The notes beneath the pieces were generated by a model. It saw only the letters and a list, made by a program, of their open reading frames with translations. It was not told the DNA's origin and made no database searches. A DNA stretch of 64,000 bases from Desulfosudaceae bacterium. Lineage in GTDB: Bacteria > Desulfobacterota > Desulfobacteria > Desulfobacterales > Desulfosudaceae. Numbering within the stretch: the stretch's first letter is position 1; every line of letters begins with the position of its first letter. The stretch spans positions 2,496,001 to 2,560,000 of the forward strand of contig CAXXDV010000001.1 of NCBI GenBank assembly GCA_963674745.2, given 5' to 3'. A program made the position numbers and the translations under genes. Of the stretch, positions 37,271 to 48,189 are shown piece after piece.

Positions 37271-40200
37271 GTGAACAAGATGAGTCCATCCGGCAATAAA
37301 CATCAGCCTGAACCATGTGATATCGCAATCATAGGGATGGGATGCCTGTTTCCCAGGGCGGCTGATTTGAGGGCTTATTGGGAAAATATCCTCAATAAAA
37401 TTAACGCAATAGTCGAGGTCCCGGAGGACCGTTGGGATTGGCGGCAATACTACAGTGCGGATCGGCACGAAAAAGATAAAGTTTATTCAAAGTGGGGGGC
37501 TTTTATCGATGACCTTCCTTTTGACCCTTTAAACCACGGCATACCGCCGAATTCCCTCAACTCAATAGAGCCGCTTCAATTGCTCTCACTGGAAGTGGTT
37601 AAAAGTGCCCTGGAAGATGCCGGCTATAAACACCGGGAATTTCCCCGGGACAGAACTTCCGTTATTTTTGGTATCAGCGGCTCTGGAGAACATGGTCAAA
37701 AATACTGTTTTCGCTCATCATTGCCGATGTTTTTCGGGAGTGCTGCCGGGGACATCGCATCCTTTCATAAGGAAAATCTGCCGCAATGGACGGAGGATTC
37801 TTTTCCGGGTATTCTGACCAACGTCACTGCCGGAAGAATCGCCAACCGGTTTGATCTTGGCGGCGTTAACTGTACGATTGATGCCGCATGCGCCTCGTCC
37901 CTGTCCGCACTATACTTGAGCGTCAGGGAACTCGAAGCAGGGACAAGTGATATCGTTATTGCCGGAGGCGCGGATTGCACGCAAAATCCGTTTGCTTATC
38001 TGTGTTTTTCAAGAACGCAGGCCCTTTCGCCGAGAGGCATATCCGCGCCTTTTGATGACAACGCCGATGGAATCGTTTTGGGCGAGGGGCTGGCGGCAAT
38101 CATTCTAAAACGTTTATCCGATGCCGAGCGGGATGGCGATAAAATTTATGCCGTCATCAAAGGCGTCGGCGCCTCGAGTGACGGCCGGGGCAAGAGCCTG
38201 ACGGCGCCGCGTCGCGAAGGGCAGATCCAGGCCTTGAAGCGGGCCTATGAACAGGCCGGCATATCGCCTAAAACGGTCGGTCTTATAGATGCGCACGCAA
38301 CCGGAACCGCTGTCGGTGACCGGGTTGAAATTGAATCAATGAGCGAAGTGTTTTTGGGAGAAGGTGCGGCAGCCCAAACCTGTGCGATCGGGTCTGTAAA
38401 ATCAATGATCGGCCACACGAAATCAACAGCCGGGCTGGCTGGTTTGATCAAGGTCGCCCTGTCGCTTCATCATAAGACGTTGCCGGCAACACTGAATGTG
38501 ACGATGCCGAATAAAGGTTTGACAATACCCGGCAGCCCCTTTTACGTGAACACGGAAACAAAACCATGGCTCAACCATACGGCAGACTATCCTCGTAGAG
38601 CCGGTGTGAGCGCGTTCGGATTCGGCGGTACAAATTATCATATTGTGCTGGAAGAATACACCCGTGACAATTCGCAAAAATCGAAACAAAAAGCGTTTTC
38701 GCAATGGCCTTGTGAGCTGTTTATATGGAAAAACGCCTCTTCCCAAAGACTGCTTGAGGTCTTGGTTCCACTGGAAGGTGCCCTGGCGCAGGGCGCAACG
38801 CCCTCGCTCAAAGACCTGGCCTATACCGTTAATAAAGCCGGAGAAGCGTCCGGATCCGGGAATGACGGCCAAAGCATAAACCTCGCCGTTGTGGCCTGCT
38901 CGGTAAATGACTTAAAGGACAAACTGAATACCGTTATCAAAGCATTACAGGATTCACGGCTGGAGATTGTTGATACCAAGGGGATTTACATGTCTGAAAC
39001 GTCTGCTCTCGGTGACGGGAAGCTGGCGTTCCTTTTTCCCGGGCAGGGATCCCAATATCTGAATATGTTCTGGGATCTGGTGGTTCAGTTCCCGGACATG
39101 CAGGCTTGGTTTGAACGGGCTGAAAGGGTTGTTGCCAATAAACTGGACAGGCCGTTAAGCAGTTATGTTTTTCCCACGAAAGCGCTGAGCAAGGAGGAAC
39201 GGGGTGTTTGTGAAAAAGACCTCGCCCGGCCGCAAATCGTCCAGCCGGCTTTGGGGACAGCCAATGTTGCCATGTATCATCTATTGAAAAGCCTTGGCAT
39301 TACGCCTGATATGGCGGCCGGCCACAGTTATGGCGAATACGTTGCACTGGGTGCCGCGGGTGTTTTCAGCGCGGATGACTTAATCGGGGTAGCCGAAGCC
39401 AGGGGTCGTTTTATCACTGAAACGGCAGGCGCCGACCTCGGTACAATGGCCGCGGCCGGGGAAGACAAGACGGTTGTCGAAGATATTATTAAAGATATTG
39501 ACGGCGTGTGGATAGCGAACATCAATTCACCGAAACAGACGGTGATTTCCGGAAGGAGCACTGCTGTCGACGAGGCCATGGAGAGATTGAAAAGCAAGGG
39601 TGTCGCCACCCGGCGTTTTCCGATCGGGTCGGCCTTTCATTCCCCGGTTGTTGCTCCGGCCAATGAGCTGCTCAAGGACTATCTTTCCAGGGTGAAGATG
39701 AATAGGCCGGCCATTGCAGTTTATTCAAACACGACCGCACAGCGCTACCCGGAGGACACTGATGCCATACGCGCGCTTCTGGTCAATCATCTTGTGAGCA
39801 AAGTGGACTTCGTGAATGAAATCGAGACCATGTATAACGACGGGGCCCGTATTTTTATTGAGGTGGGACCGGGCCGGGTGCTGTCAGGCCTTGTTTCTAA
39901 AATATTAAAAGACCGACCGCATCTGGCGCTGATTTCCAATCAGGCCGGCAAGTCGGGTTTAAGCCAGCTTTTACATTTGCTGGGGCGATTAATTGTCAGC
40001 GGCATTAATGTGAACATGGAAAAAGTGTATGAAGGCCGGGCGTTGAAGATGATCGATCTTGATGCACTGTACAGGCAGAAAGATCAATTCGGGATGACGC
40101 CGACAACCTGGCTTGTGAACGGGGCAAGGTCAATCTCTTTTAAAGAGGCAATGGCAATCAGTCCCAAAAAGGTCGTTAAGCCCATGGATTTAAAACCGGA

Positions 40201-42844
40201 AAGCGCAGCCATCAGGCAGGATGGGGCTGTCAATGACGCATCCGGTTTCGCCGCCCCGGACTTTAAGCCCGCAGATGTTTTGCCCTCCAACAGCAAAGCA
40301 TATGTAATGATACAGCACCAGAAATTGATGCAACGATTGCTTGATATGCATCAGAGCGTAATGATGCGCTATATGAACGGATTGACTCCCGGCAGTAAAG
40401 TGCCGATATCGGATAGCGCCATCACCGTCGGAGGCCATGCGCTAAATGCAAATGATGTGATCACGCCAGCGCCGGACCGTGTGCGCAGCGGGACTTCTCG
40501 GGTCGCTGAAGATGCCTCTGGCGGTTCTTTGATAGAACCCGTTTCAGGCGGCCCAGCCGGTGCCCCTGGAGAGACGGAGACAAAAGCCGTCCTTCTGCAA
40601 ATCGTCAGTGAGCGAACCGGTTACCCCGAGGATATGCTTGATCTCGATCTGAACCTTGAGGCTGACCTGGGCATTGATTCCATCAAGCGGGTCGAGATAT
40701 TGAACAGCCTGACACAGGTCCTGTTCCCGGAGGGGCATGATGAATCTTTTGAAGAGATCGAAGAGATCACCCAGTCTAAAACGCTGCGTGAAATAATTAC
40801 GCACATTGAAAACTTTATAAGCGCGGCCGGGAATCCCGCCTTGAACAAACCCGTTTCAGGCGGCCCAGCCGGTGCCCCTGGAGAGACGGAGACAAAAGCC
40901 GTCCTTCTGCAAATCGTGAGTGAGCGAACCGGTTACCCCGAGGATATGCTTGATCTCGATCTGAACCTTGAGGCTGACCTGGGCATTGATTCCATCAAGC
41001 GGGTCGAGATATTGAACAGCCTGACACAGGCCCTGTTCCCGGAGGGGCATGATGAATCATTCGAAGAGATCGAAGAGATCACCCAGTCTAAAACGCTGCG
41101 TGAAATAATTACGCACATTGAAAACGTGCTAAACGCGACCGGAAGCATCGGCTCAGGCGATGCGGTAAAACAGCCGCAGGAAATAACCCGCGGCAGTGCC
41201 CCTGAAGACACTGAAAACCGGTCGCTTCCCCGATTCACGTTAACGGCGGTTGAGGCGCCGATTGAGGAAAGCGCGATTGATCTGTCCCGGGACCGGGTGA
41301 TTATTATCACGGATGATGAGCGGGGCGTTGCCCGGTCACTTCAAGATAAATTGACGGCAAAGGGATATAAAGCCGTGACGTTGCGGTGGGGAAAAGAACA
41401 GGGGCATACCAAAGAGCCGGTTTATTTTCTGAATAATAATTTTGCCGAAGAAATAGAAACCGTTGTTAAAACAGTCCAAAAACAGCACGGCAACGTCGGC
41501 GGCCTTATTCACCTTTTTCCCCTTAAGGAATGCCCGTCTTTTCCGGGCATTGATCTGTCGGGCTGGACGGCACGTATCGATTACGAGATAAAATCGCTTT
41601 TCAGCCTTTTAAAATGCCTGGCCCCGGACTTGAGTGATGCGGCTGACAATGGCGGTGCCTGTGTTATGTCGGCCGTCCGTATGGGCGGTACCTTTGCCAG
41701 TGGATTGAGCACCAATAATACGGAATTTTTTCCGGGGCATGGCGGGATCAGTGGTTTGCTGAAAACCGCAGCCATCGAGTTGCCCGGGGTCCGGGTCAAG
41801 TCGGTTGATCTGGACAATAAAGCATCCGTATCGGAAATAGCAGAAAACCTATTCAAAGAAATCGGTGTGGCTGACAACTTTATAGAAATAGGCTATTCCG
41901 GAAAGAAAAGAATGAGACTGGGCCTTCTGGGTTCTTCTCTGGAATCAAGACGGGAGAACGGCCTTCAGATTGATTCGTCATGGGTGATTCTGGTTACCGG
42001 CGGCGCGCGTGGCATAACCGCTCAGATCGTTCTGGAACTGGCCCGAAAGTATCAGCCCAAACTTATTCTGGCCGGCCGCTCTTTGCCACCGCCGGTTGAA
42101 GAACCCGCCCAAACCGCGGGCGTTGAGCAACCCGAGGCGTTAAAAAAGACGATCATTGATAATATGCGGCAGCAGGGCAAGGACTTCTCCCTTGTTGATG
42201 TCGAAAAGGCATACAGGCGGTTGCGCAAAGAACGGGAGATGCGTTCAAACATCTCAGCCATGCGAAGCGCCGGGGCCGAGGTCGAGTACTGTCAGGTCGA
42301 TGTGCGCCACGAAAAAGAATTCGGCGACCTCATTGAAGGGGTATATGAAAAACACGGAAAGATTGATGCGGTCATTCATGGGGCAGGCGTGATCGAAGAT
42401 AAATTGATCAAGGATAAAACACTGGTTTCTTTTGACAGGGTATTGGGCACAAAGACGGAAAGTGCATTCATCCTCAGCAAGAAATTAAGACCTGAATCAC
42501 TGAAGTTGCTTGTTCTGTTTTCATCCGTTGCCGGACGATTCGGAAATCAGGGACAGTGTGATTATGCCGCGGCCAATGAAGTCATTAATAAACTGGCCGT
42601 GTATCTTAACAAGAAGTGGCCCGGAAGGGTCGTTTCAATCAACTGGGGACCGTGGGATAAATCAGGCATGGTCTCTGACGGGCTCAGGGAAGAGTTCGCC
42701 AGAAGAGGCGTCAGGCTGATACCGCCTGCCGCAGGGTCACATTTTATGAATATCGAAATCAAAAAGGGTGAAAAGGGCGAGGTGGAACTGGTTGTCGGCG
42801 ATGGGCCGTGGGGAGCGGTTGAAGATACGTCGCAGGTCCAGTAG
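37271..42844 (+). CDS. Iterative type I PKS (PfaA/HglE-like): KS-AT-ACP-ACP-KR
   Basis: KS: IDAACASS, DAHATGT, GHTKS. AT: GHSYGE, AFHS. Two ACPs: LGIDSIKRVEI. KR: VTGGARGI, DYAAAN. Confidence 0.93.
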   Translation: MNKMSPSGNKHQPEPCDIAIIGMGCLFPRAADLRAYWENILNKINAIVEVPEDRWDWRQYYSADRHEKDKVYSKWGAFIDDLPFDPLNHGIPPNSLNSIEPLQLLSLEVVKSALEDAGYKHREFPRDRTSVIFGISGSGEHGQKYCFRSSLPMFFGSAAGDIASFHKENLPQWTEDSFPGILTNVTAGRIANRFDLGGVNCTIDAACASSLSALYLSVRELEAGTSDIVIAGGADCTQNPFAYLCFSRTQALSPRGISAPFDDNADGIVLGEGLAAIILKRLSDAERDGDKIYAVIKGVGASSDGRGKSLTAPRREGQIQALKRAYEQAGISPKTVGLIDAHATGTAVGDRVEIESMSEVFLGEGAAAQTCAIGSVKSMIGHTKSTAGLAGLIKVALSLHHKTLPATLNVTMPNKGLTIPGSPFYVNTETKPWLNHTADYPRRAGVSAFGFGGTNYHIVLEEYTRDNSQKSKQKAFSQWPCELFIWKNASSQRLLEVLVPLEGALAQGATPSLKDLAYTVNKAGEASGSGNDGQSINLAVVACSVNDLKDKLNTVIKALQDSRLEIVDTKGIYMSETSALGDGKLAFLFPGQGSQYLNMFWDLVVQFPDMQAWFERAERVVANKLDRPLSSYVFPTKALSKEERGVCEKDLARPQIVQPALGTANVAMYHLLKSLGITPDMAAGHSYGEYVALGAAGVFSADDLIGVAEARGRFITETAGADLGTMAAAGEDKTVVEDIIKDIDGVWIANINSPKQTVISGRSTAVDEAMERLKSKGVATRRFPIGSAFHSPVVAPANELLKDYLSRVKMNRPAIAVYSNTTAQRYPEDTDAIRALLVNHLVSKVDFVNEIETMYNDGARIFIEVGPGRVLSGLVSKILKDRPHLALISNQAGKSGLSQLLHLLGRLIVSGINVNMEKVYEGRALKMIDLDALYRQKDQFGMTPTTWLVNGARSISFKEAMAISPKKVVKPMDLKPESAAIRQDGAVNDASGFAAPDFKPADVLPSNSKAYVMIQHQKLMQRLLDMHQSVMMRYMNGLTPGSKVPISDSAITVGGHALNANDVITPAPDRVRSGTSRVAEDASGGSLIEPVSGGPAGAPGETETKAVLLQIVSERTGYPEDMLDLDLNLEADLGIDSIKRVEILNSLTQVLFPEGHDESFEEIEEITQSKTLREIITHIENFISAAGNPALNKPVSGGPAGAPGETETKAVLLQIVSERTGYPEDMLDLDLNLEADLGIDSIKRVEILNSLTQALFPEGHDESFEEIEEITQSKTLREIITHIENVLNATGSIGSGDAVKQPQEITRGSAPEDTENRSLPRFTLTAVEAPIEESAIDLSRDRVIIITDDERGVARSLQDKLTAKGYKAVTLRWGKEQGHTKEPVYFLNNNFAEEIETVVKTVQKQHGNVGGLIHLFPLKECPSFPGIDLSGWTARIDYEIKSLFSLLKCLAPDLSDAADNGGACVMSAVRMGGTFASGLSTNNTEFFPGHGGISGLLKTAAIELPGVRVKSVDLDNKASVSEIAENLFKEIGVADNFIEIGYSGKKRMRLGLLGSSLESRRENGLQIDSSWVILVTGGARGITAQIVLELARKYQPKLILAGRSLPPPVEEPAQTAGVEQPEALKKTIIDNMRQQGKDFSLVDVEKAYRRLRKEREMRSNISAMRSAGAEVEYCQVDVRHEKEFGDLIEGVYEKHGKIDAVIHGAGVIEDKLIKDKTLVSFDRVLGTKTESAFILSKKLRPESLKLLVLFSSVAGRFGNQGQCDYAAANEVINKLAVYLNKKWPGRVVSINWGPWDKSGMVSDGLREEFARRGVRLIPPAAGSHFMNIEIKKGEKGEVELVVGDGPWGAVEDTSQVQ
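40536..41125 (+). repeat. Near-identical direct repeat (2 x 278 bp, period 312 bp) encoding tandem ACP domains
   Basis: 40536-40813 versus 40848-41125; four substitutions found by eye. Confidence 0.92.
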
Positions 42845-42881
42845 TTGCTTTATGTCATCATAAGCGTGATAGCAGAGTCTA

Positions 42882-45800
42882 ATGACGGATAACAATAAAA
42901 ACAATACCTCAGCATCAGAAGATATCGCCATTATCGGCATGTCCTGTATTTTTCCGGGTGCTTCAGGGATCGATGAATACTGGCAGAATATTTTATCCTG
43001 TGTCGACTGTATCAGCGACGCCCCTCCTGAAGCGTGGGACCAGGGCGTGCTTTATGACCCCGAAAGTGATGCCAAAGACAGGGTTTATTGTAAACGGGGC
43101 GGGTTCCTTCATGAGAAGGAAAGAATGTTTAATCCGTTGAAGTACGGTATCATGCCCAGCGGTGTAGAAGGCGCGGAGCCGGACCAGTTTCTGGGATTGC
43201 GAGTTGCCCACGAGGCCCTGTCCGACGCAGGGTATCTTGACAACCCTGAAATAAAAGACCGCACCGCGGTCATTCTGGGCAGAGGTTCGTACGTCAATGC
43301 CGGACAGATGAATCTGGTCCAACATGGATGGATTGTTGAACAGACCCTTCAGATATTAAAACGCCTTCATCCCGAGTACGCGGATGACCAGCTGAAAGAA
43401 ATCAAAAATGAGCTCGTATCCGGCCTGCCGCCTTTAATCGCGGAAATCGTACCCGGTCAGGTCCCGAATATTGCGGCCGGTCGTATCGCCAACCGTCTGG
43501 ATTTAAAAGGGCCGAGCTTTACGGTGGATGCCGCGTGCGCGTCTTCACTGATCGCTCTTGATATGGGGCTCAAATCATTGCGCAGCCGTGAATGCGACCT
43601 GGCCATTGTGGGTGGTATGCAGGGCGGCAATACGGTGCTTTCTTATTTAATGTTCTGTCTGATAAAAGCCTTGTCCAGGAGTTCCCGGATCCGGCCGTTT
43701 GATCAAAACGCGGATGGCACGATATTGGGGGAAGGCGTTGGTATGGTGGTTTTGAAACGGTTGGCGGAGGCCGGTAAGGATGGTGACCGCATTTATTCGA
43801 TTGTCAAGGGGATGGGGACAGCCAGCGACGGTCGCGGGATGGGCATATTGGCGCCACGGCTGGAAGGTTCGGCCCTGGCCGTAGAGCGCGCCTATCAGAC
43901 AACCGGCCTTTCCCCTGCCACAATCGGCCTGATGGAAGCCCATGGAACAGCCACAATCGCGGGAGACACAACAGAATTCAGTGCGTTGCATTCGGTCTTC
44001 GGAAACAGGAAGGGGAAATTGCCCCGGTGCGCCATCGGATCGGTCAAGTCGATGATCGGCCATTCGCTGGGCGCGGCCGGTATCGCCGGATTGATCAAGG
44101 CCTCCCTTGCCCTTTATCATAAAGTGCTGCCGCCCACCTTGAACTGTACCGAGCCGAACAGCAAGCTGGGGCTTGACCGGTCCGGTTTTTATATTAATAC
44201 CGAAACCAGGCCCTGGATCCACGGATCTGCGGAAACCCCGAGGCGTGCCGGCGTCAACTGCATGGGGTTCGGCGGCATCAATGCCCACGCGGTGCTTGAG
44301 GAGTATACGGAAAAGAGTGCGGCTCAAACGTCCAGTTGCCATAAACGCTGGGACAGTGAAGTTTTTATTTTTCAGGGAGATTCGCGCCAGACGCTGATCA
44401 GCCGGGCCCGTCAGGTGCTTGATTTCATTTCCGCCTCGCCGGACGTGGATCCAAAAGACCTTGCCTATACATTGAACAGTACGCTTTCGAAAAAGACCTG
44501 CCGTCTTGCCATTGTGGCTTCCGCGATTACGGATTTGGAAAAAAAGCTGGCCAACGCGCTTGAACGTCTGGCCGATCCCGAATGTAAACGCATCATGTCC
44601 CGGGGGGGTGTTTATTTTTTTGCCGAACCATTGAAAAATAATGGTAAACTGGCTTTTCTGTTTCCGGGTGAGGGGTCGCAATACGTTAACATGCTTTCCG
44701 ATCTGTGTATCCATTTTCCTGAAGTAAGAAAACGCTTTGATCGCATTGACGGGATATTCAGCGGGCATTCAAGAGATTTTGTCCCCAGTGATTTTATCTT
44801 TCCGCGTCCGGTATTCAGCGAGACGGATAAAAAGGCCGCCGAAGAAAATTTATTCAAGATGGATGTGGCCGTTGAGGCGGTTTTAACGGCCAACGATGCA
44901 TTGCTTGATATCCTGAACAATCTGGATATCCGTCCGGACGCGGTTCTCGGCCACAGTACGGGGGAATACTCTTCCATGCGGGCCGCCGGAATCCTGAACA
45001 TTACCGACAGTGCGGACAGCGATCAGTACCTCCTTGCCCTGAACAAAAGCTATGAAGAGATAGCCGCAAAGGGCGAAATCCCCCGTGCCGTCCTGGTTGC
45101 CGTGGCCGCGGATTCAGAAAAAGTGGCGTCAATAATTGAGGCAACGGGTGGCCGGTTGTTTATTGCCATGGACAACTGTACCCTTCAGACCGTTATCGCG
45201 GGCGCCCCGGAATATATGGAAGTTGCCGTCAAGGCGTTGAAACGGCAAAGTTTGATGTATCAGACCTTATCTTTTGACAGACCTTATCATACGCCGTTGT
45301 TCAAGGAGTTTGCCGAAGGTCTTTCCCGTTTTTACGACCAGTGGCCTGTCGTCCCCCCCTCGACGCCGATTTATTCCTGTACCACCGGCGACCTGTTCCC
45401 CGATGATGTCACGGCTATTCGCAGGATTGCCGTTGACCACTGGCTCATGCCGGTACGGTTCAGGCAGACAATTGAAAAAATGCACGCCGATAATGTGCGG
45501 CTTTTTGTTGAAGTGGGGCCAAGGGGCAACCTGACGGCATTTGTAAAAGACATTCTCGGCCGCCGGGATCATTTATCGATTGCCCTCAACACGACGCGGC
45601 GTTCCGGGATTACCCAGCTTAATCATGTAGTGGGAATGCTGGTCGCCCACGGTGTGGACGCACGGCTGGATTATCTTTACAGTCGCAGGGATCCCCGAAA
45701 ACTGACATTCGACGGCACCGAAAACGGCCGCACCAAAAGCAATGAATCTAAAGGCATCATGACGTTGTCGCTCCAGTTCCCGCGGATGAAGTTGCGGAAT

Positions 45801-48188
45801 GTCTCCCCGTCTATGAAGCCCCCGGTCGCAGCAGAAGCCGGTATGGAAAAACACTTCAATACATTAACCATGCTGGCACAGACTTTGGGCACAGGCAGTG
45901 AGGACATGAATATCCCTTCCTCTGATGCCGGTTCTCTGGTCATGCAGGAATATGTCAAGACAGTGGAAAAAATCATTGACGTCGAGCAGGCGCTGATGCA
46001 TCAGTTTCTGGATGATACCACGGGAGCAGCATCCCTGCCGCTTCAAGAGCCGGTGGCCAATTCTGGCCAGCCCCAAAAGAGCGTCACCCCGACTGTCGAC
46101 ATGCCTGGCGATGATGATCAGCCGCTTCCTTCTTCCGGCGGGACCGCATTTGAAGATATTAAGTTCAGGCTCCTGGAGCTGGTCGCGGCGTTTACCGGAT
46201 ATCCTTTGGAGATGTTGGACCTTTCGCTGGGCCTGGAGGCCGACCTGGGCATCGATTCGATCAAGAGACTGGAAATACTGGGAAAGTTATGGGACAACAC
46301 GCCGGAGCTGGACTCTGATGATCTTGAGGAAATTGCCGCACTAAAAACGCTTAAAGAGATGATTCAGCGCATCAGTGAAAGTGTTGACGCCAAACGAAGC
46401 CCTCCGGCAGATGCGGAGCCGGGCGTGACGGATAACCCCGGAAACGAGACCGGGGGGATGGCCCGGCCTGATACCGGGCAGCCCCTGATCGACCGGATTG
46501 TTTCATTTGTGCCGAACCAAAAGCTGGAAGCCTTATCGAATTTTGACCTTGATGAGGCGGTTTTTCTTCATCACCATACCATCGGGCGTAAAGTGTCGGC
46601 TACCGATGACAACCTTACTGCTTTACCGGTCATGCCGCTGACCATGAGCATGGAGATACTGGCCGAAGCCGCTTCAATACTTGTGCCCGATAAGGTTCTG
46701 ATCGGGATGAACGATATCAGGGCGTATCGATGGATCGCATTTGAGCAGCCTTCCGTTTCCCTGAAAATCAAAGCCTTTCGAAAGCCCGGAACCAACGAGG
46801 TGAAGGCTGAAATCTGCATTGCTGAAGAAAAGGAACCGGCAACAAAGAACCCGCTTCTGGAAGGCGTGCTGGTTTTTGCCGATAACTACCCGCCGGCACC
46901 GGCCGTTGAGCCTTTTACACTTCAAGGCGAGAGGGCTTCCAGGTGGACGCCGGAAGCGCTTTACGCCAAAGGCATGTTCCACGGTCCGTGCTGGCAAGGT
47001 GTCCAGTCTGTTGATCTCTGGGGTGAGGACGGCACCACGGCGACATTTAAAGTGCTGCCGACGGACGGTTTTTTTCAGTCCAATAAAAGCCCGCAATTTA
47101 TAACAGACCCGGTTGTACTTGATGCTGCCGGGCAAGTCGTCGGCTTCTGGACAATGGAACATCTGGAAGACAACGTTCTTGTATTCCCTTATCGCGCAAA
47201 GCGGCTGCGTATCTTTTGCCCCCGTCCGTCCGTAAACCAGGCGGTCGGTTGCCGGGCCAGGATAAGGCTTATGGATTTTAACCGTGTTTCTTCTGATATT
47301 GACATGATTAATGCGGCGGGAGATCTCTGGATGCGTCTTGAGGAATGGGAGGATAAACGGTTTGACCTGCCGCCGGCCGTGTTGCAATTTCTTCTCTCAC
47401 CCCTTACGGTGATGCCCAGTGAAACCTGGAAAAAGCCTGTTGCCTTATGGGAGAATTCATCTCTATACCATTGCTGCCGTCTTGAACGGCTTTTTACAGG
47501 CGATGATGATTTCTGGAAGATTGTTTTTTCACATCTCATCCTGAATCATAAAGAGAGGCAGGCTTTTTCAAATCTGGGTAAATCAAACACGCGTCAGGTG
47601 CAATGGCTCATGGGAAGGCTGGCAGCCAAAGATGCCGTGCGGAAGATGTTACAACAGGTATATAATATAGTGGCCGGGCCGGCAGATGTCGAAATAGCGC
47701 AGGACGAGTACGGATGCCCGGAGCCGACCGGGAAATGGGAAGACAGGGTTGAAGGCCCTTTGCGGCTTTCTCTTTCTCATACGACAGGCATTGCCGCGGC
47801 GGTTGCGGGCCTTCCGGGTAGCGGAATCGGTATGGGCATAGATGTCGAGTGCCTGGATCTTCGCCGGGAAGGGATTGATAAGATTGCCATGAGCCCGGAA
47901 GATCGCGATCTGTTAAAACCCGTTTCGGCAAATGCTGAAGAAGAATGGGTGCTCCGGATATGGTGCGCCAAGGAGGCTTTAAGCAAGGCCTTAGGGCGTG
48001 GCCTGTTGGGCAAACCAAGGGACCTTATTGTGAAAAAGCTGGATCAGAAAACCGGCGACGTCAGTCTGGAAATATCGGGGGCGTTCGCCAGGGAATTCCC
48101 GGCGCTCAAGGGTATAATACATCAAATTCAAACATTACGTGAAGAAGATATTATAGTCGCCAGTGCAATGATTAACAGAGGAGATTGA
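42882..48188 (+). CDS. Iterative type I PKS: KS-AT-ACP-DH-PPTase
   Basis: KS: VDAACASS, EAHGTAT, GHSLG. AT: GHSTGE, PYHT. ACP: LGIDSIKRLEI. DH: FLHHHTIG...PVMP and LDAAGQ. C-terminal Sfp-like PPTase: GRLAAK, SLSH, GIDVE, WCAKEA. Confidence 0.92.
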   Translation: MTDNNKNNTSASEDIAIIGMSCIFPGASGIDEYWQNILSCVDCISDAPPEAWDQGVLYDPESDAKDRVYCKRGGFLHEKERMFNPLKYGIMPSGVEGAEPDQFLGLRVAHEALSDAGYLDNPEIKDRTAVILGRGSYVNAGQMNLVQHGWIVEQTLQILKRLHPEYADDQLKEIKNELVSGLPPLIAEIVPGQVPNIAAGRIANRLDLKGPSFTVDAACASSLIALDMGLKSLRSRECDLAIVGGMQGGNTVLSYLMFCLIKALSRSSRIRPFDQNADGTILGEGVGMVVLKRLAEAGKDGDRIYSIVKGMGTASDGRGMGILAPRLEGSALAVERAYQTTGLSPATIGLMEAHGTATIAGDTTEFSALHSVFGNRKGKLPRCAIGSVKSMIGHSLGAAGIAGLIKASLALYHKVLPPTLNCTEPNSKLGLDRSGFYINTETRPWIHGSAETPRRAGVNCMGFGGINAHAVLEEYTEKSAAQTSSCHKRWDSEVFIFQGDSRQTLISRARQVLDFISASPDVDPKDLAYTLNSTLSKKTCRLAIVASAITDLEKKLANALERLADPECKRIMSRGGVYFFAEPLKNNGKLAFLFPGEGSQYVNMLSDLCIHFPEVRKRFDRIDGIFSGHSRDFVPSDFIFPRPVFSETDKKAAEENLFKMDVAVEAVLTANDALLDILNNLDIRPDAVLGHSTGEYSSMRAAGILNITDSADSDQYLLALNKSYEEIAAKGEIPRAVLVAVAADSEKVASIIEATGGRLFIAMDNCTLQTVIAGAPEYMEVAVKALKRQSLMYQTLSFDRPYHTPLFKEFAEGLSRFYDQWPVVPPSTPIYSCTTGDLFPDDVTAIRRIAVDHWLMPVRFRQTIEKMHADNVRLFVEVGPRGNLTAFVKDILGRRDHLSIALNTTRRSGITQLNHVVGMLVAHGVDARLDYLYSRRDPRKLTFDGTENGRTKSNESKGIMTLSLQFPRMKLRNVSPSMKPPVAAEAGMEKHFNTLTMLAQTLGTGSEDMNIPSSDAGSLVMQEYVKTVEKIIDVEQALMHQFLDDTTGAASLPLQEPVANSGQPQKSVTPTVDMPGDDDQPLPSSGGTAFEDIKFRLLELVAAFTGYPLEMLDLSLGLEADLGIDSIKRLEILGKLWDNTPELDSDDLEEIAALKTLKEMIQRISESVDAKRSPPADAEPGVTDNPGNETGGMARPDTGQPLIDRIVSFVPNQKLEALSNFDLDEAVFLHHHTIGRKVSATDDNLTALPVMPLTMSMEILAEAASILVPDKVLIGMNDIRAYRWIAFEQPSVSLKIKAFRKPGTNEVKAEICIAEEKEPATKNPLLEGVLVFADNYPPAPAVEPFTLQGERASRWTPEALYAKGMFHGPCWQGVQSVDLWGEDGTTATFKVLPTDGFFQSNKSPQFITDPVVLDAAGQVVGFWTMEHLEDNVLVFPYRAKRLRIFCPRPSVNQAVGCRARIRLMDFNRVSSDIDMINAAGDLWMRLEEWEDKRFDLPPAVLQFLLSPLTVMPSETWKKPVALWENSSLYHCCRLERLFTGDDDFWKIVFSHLILNHKERQAFSNLGKSNTRQVQWLMGRLAAKDAVRKMLQQVYNIVAGPADVEIAQDEYGCPEPTGKWEDRVEGPLRLSLSHTTGIAAAVAGLPGSGIGMGIDVECLDLRREGIDKIAMSPEDRDLLKPVSANAEEEWVLRIWCAKEALSKALGRGLLGKPRDLIVKKLDQKTGDVSLEISGAFAREFPALKGIIHQIQTLREEDIIVASAMINRGD

Positions 48189-48189
48189 T

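Noticed and set aside
43647..44768. 373-aa minus-strand ORF inside PKS2 (and similar antisense ORFs in purL and prfA)
   Set aside because: These are antisense shadows of strongly supported genes and have no motifs.
37271..48188. Calling the PKSs pfaA/pfaC (PUFA synthase) or enediyne pksE
   Set aside because: There is no KS-CLF/FabA-type DH protein or PfaD, and the domain split differs from single-chain PKSE, so gene symbols were withheld.
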